Below are positions 1 through 8,230 of a stretch of DNA of 28,918 nucleotides, piece by piece. The number at the start of each line of letters is the position of its first letter. The first letter of the stretch is position 1. The position numbers were made by a program, and so were the translations under genes. Origin of the DNA: Alphaproteobacteria bacterium (GTDB lineage: Bacteria > Verrucomicrobiota > Verrucomicrobiia > Chthoniobacterales > UBA10450); NCBI GenBank assembly GCA_050257575.1, contig JBLMXD010000065.1:1-28918 (forward strand). Direction: 5' to 3'. The notes beneath the pieces are model-generated. The model was not told where the DNA came from and did no database searches. It saw only the letters and a list, made by a program, of their open reading frames with translations.

Positions 1-322
1 GGAAAAAAGCAGACGCGCCTCTGTCCATGGCCATGCGACGAACGGACGGGTCATCTTTGCCAGTCAACACAATGACTCGTGTCGCGGGGGATACCGTTCG
101 TAATCGCCTTTGCACTTCCAACCCATTCATGTCTGGCATGATAATGTCGATCACAGCAACGTCGGGACAATGAATCGACGCATGCTCCAGGAATGCGATC
201 GGATCCGTGAAGGCCTCGACCTTCCAACCACATGAGTCGAGAAGGCGGCTCATGGCCTTGAGGATGGCTACATCATCATCCAACAGGCATACCGCCACAG
301 TTTCGTGGTTAAGCGCGACCAT
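1..322 (-). CDS. Single-domain response regulator (receiver only), 3'-truncated by the window edge
   Basis: Not in the ORF track. Hand translation from ATG 322: MVALNHETVAVCLLDDDVAILKAMSRLLDSCGWKVEAFTDP...VAVIDIIMPDMNGLEVQRRL...VIVLTGKDD...GASAFF. Shows the acidic pocket DDD, phospho-Asp in DIIMP, and switch Thr. GGGAG lies upstream as a possible RBS. A C-terminal output domain beyond the edge cannot be excluded. Confidence 0.88.
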   Translation of the reverse strand, partial: MVALNHETVAVCLLDDDVAILKAMSRLLDSCGWKVEAFTDPIAFLEHASIHCPDVAVIDIIMPDMNGLEVQRRLRTVSPATRVIVLTGKDDPSVRRMAMDRGASAFF

Positions 323-532
323 CTTTAATCTCCCCAGTCACATTCAAAATCTCATTCGGATAGCCAAAAGGGGCTGCCTCATACGGCCCACCAAACAACT
401 GTGCCGTGCGCCCATTTAGGTATAGTTCGCCTCTCCTTCTTAAAAGAAGTAGCGAAAAGCTATCGTTAATAACTAACACGGCCGCACCCTCAGGCATGAA
501 ACTACCTAGCGCCTGAGATCAGCGGAATGCAA

Positions 533-1174
533 TCAGACCTTAGTCCCGGGTTTGACCGGTGGCGTGATGCCAGCTTTCTGCAAAACTAACATCAGCTCAG
601 CAACTGACGTGATCCCGAGCTTTTGCATGACGTGCGCACGATGGGTTTTAACTGTCTTTTCAGCCATCCCAAGCTCGCCGCCAACTTGCTTATTGAGCAG
701 TCCCGTAGCAACGAGTTGCATGACTTCGTACTCGCGCGGTGTCAATCGTGCGAGTAGCGCCTCAGCCTGGTTTTTCTCAGCGGTGTGCCGCCGCTGTTCA
801 GCCGAGCGAACGAGAGCGCGTTCGACGCTTTCCAGTAGTTGCCTGGGCTTGAAAGGCTTGGGGAGAAAATCTACAGCGCCTGCCTTCATCGCCTCGGCAC
901 ACATAGGCACGTCACCGTGGGCCGTTATAAAGACAAGTTGCTCTTCACGCCTGCACTCGATGAGCGTTTTCTGCAGGTCCATTCCGTTTAGCCCGGGCAT
1001 CCGCACATCGACAATGAGGCATGAAGGTCCCGGATGCGACGATCGAGAAAGAAATCCGGACGCAGAATCGAACAGTTCTGTGTCGTAACCGGCAGCGTCT
1101 AACAAGCGCTCCAGACTTTTTCGGACCGATTGATTATCATCAATCACAAACACAAGTCCCTTCGGGGTCATCAT
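533..1174 (-). CDS. FixJ/NarL-family response regulator (receiver + LuxR HTH)
   Basis: VFVIDDNQS, VDVRMPG, ITAHG, FLPKP, then LTPREYEVMQLVATGLLNKQVGGELGMAEKTVKTHRAHVMQKLG. Start placed at ATG 1174, which forms an ATGA overlap with the kinase stop. Confidence 0.95.
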   Translation of the reverse strand: MMTPKGLVFVIDDNQSVRKSLERLLDAAGYDTELFDSASGFLSRSSHPGPSCLIVDVRMPGLNGMDLQKTLIECRREEQLVFITAHGDVPMCAEAMKAGAVDFLPKPFKPRQLLESVERALVRSAEQRRHTAEKNQAEALLARLTPREYEVMQLVATGLLNKQVGGELGMAEKTVKTHRAHVMQKLGITSVAELMLVLQKAGITPPVKPGTKV

Positions 1175-3759
1175 CCGGACATTCCCTCTTTCGTTGGCAG
1201 ATGAAAACAAAACAAGGCTCCGCCACCGTCGGCGTTTTCGGCTGCGATGTTTCCGCCATGCGCCTCAACAATCGAACGGACGATGGCGAGACCCATTCCG
1301 AGGCCTTCTTCTTTCGTAGTGAAAAACTGCTCGAAGAGGCGTCCCCGCGTCGACTCGGAGATTCCTGAGCCATAATCGCGCACCGAAACAAAGATCGTGC
1401 CGTCGCCGTTGCAGCTTGTGGCAACCTCGACGACCCGACGATTTGGCGGCGTGTTGCGCATCGCTTCAATAGCGTTATGCACAAGGTTAATCAGCACCTG
1501 CTGAATCTGAATGGGATCGCCATAGATCGCTGGTAAATCCTGCCCGAGCGACATTTTCAGCTTACAGAACTGCGCGGCGGCATCCGGCTGAATGATACGC
1601 GTGACAGCGCTTATCACGTCGTTCAAATTTATCGGCCCGCGAATCGCGCTGCCTTTTTTAATCGCGCTCCGTACATTGCGCATGATGTCATAGGCGCGGT
1701 GTCCATCTTCCACCACATCGTTGAGAATTTCCTTGAGCTGTTTCGTATCGAGCCTGCCGCGCTCAAGATATTGCATCGCGGCACTCGCGTTGTTCACGAT
1801 AGCCGCGAGCGGTTGATTTAGTTCGTGTGCAAGGGAGGCGGTCATTTCGCCCAGCAGGCTGACCCGGCTCAGAAGGTCAACCTGCTCGCGACTGCGTCGC
1901 CTCTCTTCCTCCACCGCTTTGCGCGCGGAGATGTCCACAACATTCGTTAGAACAACAAGGCCGTGCGGGGTCTGAATCGGATTTAATCCAATTTCAACCG
2001 GAAACTCGCTGCCGTCTTTGCGGCGGGCGAACAATTCGCGGCCTGCGCCCATCGCACGCGCCTCCGGTACAGCGAGGAAGTTCGCCCGGTCGCCAGAATG
2101 CGTCTGTGCGAAGCGCTCCGGAACGAGGACTTCAATCTCTTTGCCAATGAGTTCGTCACGCATATAGCCGAATAGCTCTTCGACATGCGCGTTAACGAGT
2201 AAGATCCGGCCTTGATGGTCAACCAGCACTGCACCGCTAGGCGAAGCCTCCGTCGCCAAGTGAAAAAGTTGCTCTGCCTGCTTTCGTTCCGTGATATCCA
2301 TTGAAACGCCAAGGAGCCGGCTGAGCGTGCCTTTGCCATCGTCGACACACCGCGCCCTTCCTCCTATCCAGCGGATCGCTCCATCAGGAAGCACAATGCG
2401 ATACTCAATTTCGTAGCTACCCTGAGTTTGTATCGCTCCCCGCATCACCCGATCGCGACCTGCTCGATCATCCGGGTGCACCCGTTTCTGGAACTCACTG
2501 TAGTTAATCTCACCCTCCGCCGGGAATTGAAACAGCTGACGAACTTTGTCTGAGACCCAGAATCGCTCGGTAGCGGTATCGAATTCCCACACGCCGAGCT
2601 GCGCGGCTTCGGCGGCGAGCGCAACGCGCTCTTCAAACTGATGTAGTGCTCTTCGTTGTCTAAGCAGGTCTGTAACATCAACACATGACCCGATGTAGCC
2701 GGCAAACGTGCCGTCCGCATCGTAGCGGGGCACTCCGTCATCTGAGATCCAACGATATTCGCCGTCATTCCGTCTAAGTCGGTATTGCATCACGAAAGGT
2801 TTGCGCGCGTCGAATGCTTCTGTGTATGTCTTGAGACATTTTTGTAGATCCTCGCGGTGGACGCCTTCGGCCCAGCGACTTCCAGCCTCCTGTTCGAAAC
2901 TGCGACCCGTAAACTCCAACCAGCGTTTGTTGAAAAAAGTGCACAGTTTGTCTACGCCCGACATCCAGATAAGAACCGGGGCGGCGTCAGCAACTATTCG
3001 GAAGCGCTGTTCGCTTTCGCGCAGAGTCGCCTCGCTTGCTTGCAACTGCCGGGTAAGCTGAGCGGCCCGAATCAGGTCGTAGCTCAACTCGTAAGCCATC
3101 GCGGCAACGAGAATTAAGTAGAACAAGCTCACCATTAGAGGCATCGCCACAATGCCCCACGTCATCGCCACCGCTTGCGCGCTTGCCAGCACGACCAGCA
3201 ATACGATGCTGCCACCAACTACCAGCGCTCGCTTGCGATTGCCGCGTCGCCACACGGTAATTGTCGCATCCACCACAAAGATAACCAGCAGGAGCAGGCC
3301 GAATTGAGCCACCAGCATCCAGGGACTCGGCACTCCTACCGGGAGCGACACGGATTCTCCCAAAAATGGGATGTGGCGCAGTGCAGTGACTTTGCGGTAA
3401 TTGATATTCGGCGAGAGAACGAAATTGAGAATCAGCGCCAAACTACGTACTGCCACGATGGTCCACCCGAGCCATCGCTGGCCTGCCTTTAAGTAAAGCC
3501 GCACGAACGCGACGATCGACACGATCAGCACCCAGGCTGGGACGTGTATCCAGCGTGCTATTGCGTCGAATTGTGCAGGCGTTTCAGCCTGCATTAAGGC
3601 TAATTCCAGCGCTGCAAAAATGGCCACCGCCACCGCCCCGACCGCAAACACGAGATTTGCGCGAGCAGCTCGATCCTTCCACCACACAATGAACTGGAGA
3701 AATGCAAGCGTGAGGCACGCCCCGGCACCGACTGACCAGATGACTGTGACCCAGCTCAT
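1171..3759 (-). CDS. FixL-like membrane sensor histidine kinase (multi-TM N-terminus, 3 PAS/PAC, HisKA, HATPase)
   Basis: Hydrophobic N-terminal ~230 aa; three PAS/PAC units ending RRNDGEYRW, VLPDGAIRW and RRKDGSEFPV; H-box AHELNQPL, N-box NLVHNAIEA, DYGSGI, FFTTK, GLGMGLAI. Confidence 0.95.
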   Translation of the reverse strand: MSWVTVIWSVGAGACLTLAFLQFIVWWKDRAARANLVFAVGAVAVAIFAALELALMQAETPAQFDAIARWIHVPAWVLIVSIVAFVRLYLKAGQRWLGWTIVAVRSLALILNFVLSPNINYRKVTALRHIPFLGESVSLPVGVPSPWMLVAQFGLLLLVIFVVDATITVWRRGNRKRALVVGGSIVLLVVLASAQAVAMTWGIVAMPLMVSLFYLILVAAMAYELSYDLIRAAQLTRQLQASEATLRESEQRFRIVADAAPVLIWMSGVDKLCTFFNKRWLEFTGRSFEQEAGSRWAEGVHREDLQKCLKTYTEAFDARKPFVMQYRLRRNDGEYRWISDDGVPRYDADGTFAGYIGSCVDVTDLLRQRRALHQFEERVALAAEAAQLGVWEFDTATERFWVSDKVRQLFQFPAEGEINYSEFQKRVHPDDRAGRDRVMRGAIQTQGSYEIEYRIVLPDGAIRWIGGRARCVDDGKGTLSRLLGVSMDITERKQAEQLFHLATEASPSGAVLVDHQGRILLVNAHVEELFGYMRDELIGKEIEVLVPERFAQTHSGDRANFLAVPEARAMGAGRELFARRKDGSEFPVEIGLNPIQTPHGLVVLTNVVDISARKAVEEERRRSREQVDLLSRVSLLGEMTASLAHELNQPLAAIVNNASAAMQYLERGRLDTKQLKEILNDVVEDGHRAYDIMRNVRSAIKKGSAIRGPINLNDVISAVTRIIQPDAAAQFCKLKMSLGQDLPAIYGDPIQIQQVLINLVHNAIEAMRNTPPNRRVVEVATSCNGDGTIFVSVRDYGSGISESTRGRLFEQFFTTKEEGLGMGLAIVRSIVEAHGGNIAAENADGGGALFCFHLPTKEGMSG

Positions 3760-3779
3760 GCCTCCCTGTGAATTTTACC

Positions 3780-3793
3780 TGATATCCATATCA
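3780..3793. promoter_or_regulatory. Inverted repeat TGATAT-cc-ATATCA in the divergent kinase/cax promoter region (candidate operator)
   Basis: 6-2-6 inverted repeat read directly from the sequence. A second palindrome, TTTGCGCAAA, lies at 3887-3896. Function is inferred only. Confidence 0.3.
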
Positions 3794-3893
3794 TGGCGCT
3801 GCCACCAGAAAAACTCCAATATCTCCATTTTGCAACGCTTGCTTCGGGCAGCATCAGACTTTAGTCCTATTCACGAATGGCGAGCTTTTGCGC

Positions 3894-3907
3894 AAACTGA
3901 CCATTGG
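3894..3907 (+). repeat. 14-bp direct repeat, copy 1 (AAACTGACCATTGG)
   Basis: Exact match to 5011-5024; ends 6 nt upstream of the cax ATG. Confidence 0.9.
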
Positions 3908-3912
3908 TTGGC

Positions 3913-5004
3913 ATGAAACCGCTTCTTCAAGAGATCCGCCGCAACCCGCTGCTTTGGCTGCTGGCGTTTGTCCCCATTGCGCTCGCAGCAGAGAAGCTGA
4001 ATCATGAAGCGCACACGCTGCACTTTGTTCTTTCGGTACTCGCGATCTTGCCGCTGGCGGTTCTGCTAAGTCACGCTACGGAATCGGTCGCGGCGAAGAC
4101 AGGCGATTCGGTAGGCGGTCTGCTGAATGCCACGCTTGGAAACTTGACCGAGCTAGTCATCGCCATCGCGGCTTTACAGGCGGGCCAATACACGTTGGTC
4201 AAGGCCTCAGTCGCCGGCGCGATCGTGACGAATTCGTTGTTTATGCTGGGAGCTTCCTTCCTGCTCGGCGGCCTGAAGTATCACCTCCAGGAGTTCAATC
4301 GTATCGCTGCGCGATTTCAGGCGGGGTTACTTTTTCTAGCCACGATAGGGCTTCTGATTCCCTCCGCTGTGGCAGAGCATGAGACGTTAGGCAAAGCGGG
4401 CTTGAATCAAGAGCTGAGCCTGGCGCTCTCGTTTTTACTTTTACTCGCCTACGCTCTCGGTCTCTGGTTTTCGCTCAACACGCATAGCGAATTGTTCGCG
4501 GGAACAGCGGAGGAACATGAAGCAGTGTGGCCGATCGGCCTTGCGCTCGTAACGCTCGCAGTCGTTACGATTTTGGTGGCGCTCGTGAGCGAAGTGTTTG
4601 TCGGGTCTGTTCAGTACGCTGCTACCGCTTTCGGAATGAGTCCGGCGTTCGTTGGATTCATCATTGTCGCTTTGGTAGGTGCAGCTGCCGAAATGACAGC
4701 CGCATTTTCCGCTGCGCGCAAAAACCGTTTGGACTTGAGTGTCGGTATTGCACTGGGCAGCGCTGCGCAGATTGCGCTCTTCGTTGCTCCCATCCTGGTG
4801 CTGCTTAGTTATTTGATCGGACCGGCACCAATGGATTTGAACTTGTGGCCGGGGGCGGTGGCAATGATTTTGTTCGCAACGTTGACTGCCTCGCTCGTCA
4901 CAACTTCCGGGCGTTCCACCTGGTTCGTCGGCGTGCTAGCGATCATGGTCTACCTGATGTTCGCCACGGCCCTTTATCTCTTGCCGCCTGCGGGAAACAA
5001 ATGA
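3913..5004 (+). CDS. cax: Ca2+/H+ exchanger (CAX/CaCA family)
   Basis: ~11 TM segments; alpha-1 repeat GGLLNATLGNLTE; alpha-2 region VGAAAEM...KNRLDLSVGIALGSAAQIALFVAP. Start placed at ATG 3913. Confidence 0.92.
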   Translation: MKPLLQEIRRNPLLWLLAFVPIALAAEKLNHEAHTLHFVLSVLAILPLAVLLSHATESVAAKTGDSVGGLLNATLGNLTELVIAIAALQAGQYTLVKASVAGAIVTNSLFMLGASFLLGGLKYHLQEFNRIAARFQAGLLFLATIGLLIPSAVAEHETLGKAGLNQELSLALSFLLLLAYALGLWFSLNTHSELFAGTAEEHEAVWPIGLALVTLAVVTILVALVSEVFVGSVQYAATAFGMSPAFVGFIIVALVGAAAEMTAAFSAARKNRLDLSVGIALGSAAQIALFVAPILVLLSYLIGPAPMDLNLWPGAVAMILFATLTASLVTTSGRSTWFVGVLAIMVYLMFATALYLLPPAGNK

Positions 5005-5010
5005 ATGAGT

Positions 5011-5024
5011 AAACTGACCATTGG
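5011..5024 (+). repeat. 14-bp direct repeat, copy 2 (AAACTGACCATTGG)
   Basis: Exact match to 3894-3907; begins 7 nt after the cax stop. Confidence 0.9.
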
Positions 5025-5109
5025 ATATCGACCACTGAAAATGACTTCGCGCGTCCGGGTCTCGACAAAAGAGAATGGGGAACTTATACAGGGTGAAAGT
5101 GAACAAGTC

Positions 5110-5607
5110 ATGAAGCGTGAAGCCGAAAACATAATTATTCAGTGTATTGTACGAGCGCGTTGTCATCGGCGCCTTGCTCCGTTGATCGCGCTTGTCTTCC
5201 TGGCATTCCCGGTCGGCGCCCACGCATCCATTTTTCAGGGAGAGACGCTCGACTCAGTCGCCAATGCCATCTCGTGGGTCGCGCTCATCGTCGGGCCGAT
5301 TATCGGCATCGCCGTTTTCTGGATGGTGCATATCCTGCCGGAGAAAATTGCGGAGAAGAAAAGGCATCCGCAGACAAAGGCGATTCAGTGTCTCTGCCTG
5401 CTTTCGCTTTGCTTTGGCGGGCTGCTCTGGCCACTGGCCTGGCTTTGGACTTACACCAAGCCGACCTTGTACAAGATGGCTTACGGGACCGATGTCGACG
5501 AATCGCTCGGCCATCTCGGCAAGGAGGTGAAAAAGGAGGAAGACGAAATTGAGGAACTTCGGGCTCGCCTCGCAGAACTCGAAGCGAAACGAAACTCAGT
5601 CGGATAA
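5110..5607 (+). CDS. DUF3302-family small membrane protein (YibI/YiaW-like)
   Basis: VHILPEKIAEKKRHPQ..AI..LCLLSL.FGGLLWPLAWLWTYTKP matches the DUF3302 pattern; C-terminal coiled coil; directly upstream of a HlyD gene. Start uncertain (5005 is the alternative). Confidence 0.8.
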   Translation: MKREAENIIIQCIVRARCHRRLAPLIALVFLAFPVGAHASIFQGETLDSVANAISWVALIVGPIIGIAVFWMVHILPEKIAEKKRHPQTKAIQCLCLLSLCFGGLLWPLAWLWTYTKPTLYKMAYGTDVDESLGHLGKEVKKEEDEIEELRARLAELEAKRNSVG

Positions 5608-5613
5608 GGTGTA

Positions 5614-6699
5614 ATGGAACTCATCCTACTCATCATCTACTCGGTCATCGTCTGGCTGATCTTTTTCAAATTCAAGTTGCTGCCGTGGAACATCACCAGC
5701 CAGGTAATCGTCGTCACCATCCCGATCATCGGACTGACGATGCTGGTTCTCTTCATGAACATCGTGGCGCCGTCGTCCTCCGACGTGCGGGCCCAGAATT
5801 ATGTCATTCCGGTAGTGCCACGTGTTACCGGTCAGGTAACGGAGGTGCCGATCGAACCAAACCGGCCCATCAAAAAAGGCGATGTGCTTTTCAAAATAGA
5901 CCCGGTGCCGTTCGACGCGGCGAAGAAAGCGGCGGAGGCCACGCTCCGTGGAGCGAACGATCAACTCAACAACGCGGCGAATAAAAAAGCCTCCCTGACT
6001 CCCCGGATCGAGTTGGCGAAAAAGCGGGTCGAGCAATTCACGGCACTCGCCGCAACCGGCGCGGGAAAGCGGGCGGACCTTGAGCAGGCGCAAAGTGATC
6101 TCGCGAATCTGCAGAGCGAATTTCTCGCCGCCGATGCCACGGAATCGCAGGCCAGAGCACAGATTAGCAAATCGGAAGCAGACCTGATCAATGCGAAGTT
6201 CGACCTCGAAGGGACAACGTATCGCGCACCGGCTAACGGCCGCGTAGCGAATCTCGCCCTGCGCCCAGGAGTGCGCGCGATGCAGTTCGCGGCCTTTCCG
6301 GTGATGAGTTTCATCGAGGAGGACGACCCGTGGGTACTCGCCTTTTTCCGTCAGAACGAATTGCGTTATGTGGAACCCGGAAACGAGGCGGAAATCTACA
6401 TGTCGACATATCCGGGCCGCATTATTAAATGCAAGGTGGACTCCATCCTGTGGGCCACGGCACAAGGTCAGATGCCGATTAGCGGGAATCTGCCCAACAC
6501 GGTTCCGGTGGGGGCGCCAGAACACCGCATCGCAGTGCGGCTACTTCTCACAGGCAAAGATCGCGACACTTTCCTCGCCGCCGGAGCGGAAGGCGGCGGC
6601 GCGATTTACACCAACCACGGCAAGATCATTCACATCGTTCGCAAGGTGTTCGTCCGAGTCTCGGCGAAACTCGACTGGTTCGTTTGGAAGCTGCACTGA
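5614..6699 (+). CDS. HlyD-family membrane fusion (periplasmic adaptor) protein, YibH/YiaV-like
   Basis: N-terminal TM segments; lipoyl half-motifs PRVTGQVTEVPIEPNRPIKKGDVLFKIDP and YRAPANGRVANL; helical hairpin between them; AAGGTG RBS. Confidence 0.92.
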   Translation: MELILLIIYSVIVWLIFFKFKLLPWNITSQVIVVTIPIIGLTMLVLFMNIVAPSSSDVRAQNYVIPVVPRVTGQVTEVPIEPNRPIKKGDVLFKIDPVPFDAAKKAAEATLRGANDQLNNAANKKASLTPRIELAKKRVEQFTALAATGAGKRADLEQAQSDLANLQSEFLAADATESQARAQISKSEADLINAKFDLEGTTYRAPANGRVANLALRPGVRAMQFAAFPVMSFIEEDDPWVLAFFRQNELRYVEPGNEAEIYMSTYPGRIIKCKVDSILWATAQGQMPISGNLPNTVPVGAPEHRIAVRLLLTGKDRDTFLAAGAEGGGAIYTNHGKIIHIVRKVFVRVSAKLDWFVWKLH

Positions 6700-6710
6700 G
6701 CCGCGCCCAT

Positions 6711-8198
6711 ATGAGAACCTGGGTTCTTCTTGGCACTGCTGCGTGTCTCACACTTGCCGGTTGCGCGATCAAGCAGCCACCTGTTGGCGAAGAGATCCTG
6801 CCCGAATCAGCACGTGAGCAAATCCCGCGCCACTGGGCAGGGCCACATCGAAGCGGCAGTGTCGTGCCGAATTGGATCCTCACCTTCCACGACCCTGACC
6901 TGACCGCGCTCGTGACGGACGCCGTTGAGCGGAATCCCGATCTTAAAGCTGCAGCCGCGCGCGTCGAAGCATCGCGCGCTGCTGTGCGCATCGCTGCATC
7001 ATCGCTATACCCACGGATCGCAATGAAGGGACTGGGCGAGCGCCAGGGGCAGCATCTTAGCGGCGACCTCGGACGCGATATCAATCCGCCTGATTTTGGG
7101 AACTCAGGAGTCGAGAATTCCGGCGGCGCGGGCCTCGACACCAGCGTTGACGACACATCAAAGCGTTGGGTGTACGGTATCGCTGCCGGCGCTGCATGGG
7201 AAGCCGACGTTTGGGGCCGCATTCGCTCGAAAAAAGCTGCCGCAAAAGCTGAAAGCGAAGCCTTGGAGGCCGACTACGAATTTGCACGTCAATCGCTCGC
7301 CGCTGCGGTGGCGCGCGCGTACTTCAGCACGATCGAGGCTGCGCAACAGGAGGCGAACGCGCGAGAGACGCTCAATATTTACCAGGAATACTCAAAGCTC
7401 ACCGATATTCAGAAGCAGCACGGTTTCGCGAGCGACTTTGACGTGTCGCAAATCAAATCGCGCACTGCGAGCGCCGAGGACGCACTTTACACTGCGCAAT
7501 CCGCGCGCGCGCAGACGATCCGCGCGATCGAAGTAGTCACCAGCCATTACCCTGCCGGCCGTTTTGACGTGCGACGTTCGTTTCCCGCTCAACCGAGGGC
7601 TGTGCCCGCCGGTCTGCCTGCGCAGATCCTCGAACGACGACCGGACCTCGTCGCAAGCGAGCGCCGCTTCGCGGCTGCATTCCATCGCGTGAATGAGGCT
7701 CGAACCGCACGCCTGCCGCGCTTTGTGCTTACCGCCGGGAGCGGACTCGGAACTGCGGAGCTCGATTCCGTCGGATCTCTCAATGCGCTCCTCTGGACTT
7801 TCGCCGGCGGAATCACCCAACCGATTTTCTTCGGCGGCGAACTTCAAGCGGCGCAAGATCTTCGTACCGCCGAGCAAAAGGCTTCAGCCGCGAGTTACGT
7901 GGGACACGCGTTACGCGCTTTCGAAGACGTGGAAGACGCCCTCGCTAACGACTACTATCTCCGCAAACGCGAAGGCGCACTTTCTGACGCAGTTTCCAGC
8001 AGCGCCGACTCGGTAAAATTCGGGAGACAACAGTTGGAACAGGGCCAGGTGGATATGTTCACCGTGTTGCGTCTGACTGGAGAGAACCTCGCCGCGAAAG
8101 TCCAATTAACGGCAGTCCGCGCCTCTCGTCTCCGCGAACGCGTAAATCTTTACCTGGCGTTAGGGGGCGATTTCGAGGGAACGGGTGCACCGAAATGA
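6711..8198 (+). CDS. Outer-membrane efflux factor lipoprotein (NodT/OprM/TolC family)
   Basis: Lipobox LAGC; LVTDAVERNPDLKAAAARV, WEADVWG, ILERRPDLVASE, NLYLALGG. Start placed at ATG 6711. Confidence 0.93.
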   Translation: MRTWVLLGTAACLTLAGCAIKQPPVGEEILPESAREQIPRHWAGPHRSGSVVPNWILTFHDPDLTALVTDAVERNPDLKAAAARVEASRAAVRIAASSLYPRIAMKGLGERQGQHLSGDLGRDINPPDFGNSGVENSGGAGLDTSVDDTSKRWVYGIAAGAAWEADVWGRIRSKKAAAKAESEALEADYEFARQSLAAAVARAYFSTIEAAQQEANARETLNIYQEYSKLTDIQKQHGFASDFDVSQIKSRTASAEDALYTAQSARAQTIRAIEVVTSHYPAGRFDVRRSFPAQPRAVPAGLPAQILERRPDLVASERRFAAAFHRVNEARTARLPRFVLTAGSGLGTAELDSVGSLNALLWTFAGGITQPIFFGGELQAAQDLRTAEQKASAASYVGHALRAFEDVEDALANDYYLRKREGALSDAVSSSADSVKFGRQQLEQGQVDMFTVLRLTGENLAAKVQLTAVRASRLRERVNLYLALGGDFEGTGAPK

Positions 8199-8230
8199 GT
8201 TCCTCAAAATAGCGATAAGAACATCAGCTG

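Noticed and set aside
309-497. 62-aa ORF starting MPEGAAVLVINDS, resembling a decayed receiver N-terminus
   Set aside because: Similarity is limited to ~6 residues, with no phospho-Asp, Thr or Lys motifs. Not distinguishable from chance.
436-517. Inverted repeats CTTCTT-aa-AAGAAG (436-449) and CTCAGGC-N15-GCCTGAG (489-517)
   Set aside because: Short stems with no U-tract; no support for a terminator or operator.
5005-5109. N-terminal extension of DUF3302 starting right after the cax stop
   Set aside because: It lacks family-like sequence and spans the 14-bp repeat, so it is more likely intergenic. Not fully excluded.
5626-6525. 299-aa antisense ORF, and similar long antisense or off-frame ORFs (552-1088, 18140-18967, 26089-27126)
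   Set aside because: They lie entirely over well-supported genes; such shadows are expected in GC-rich coding DNA.
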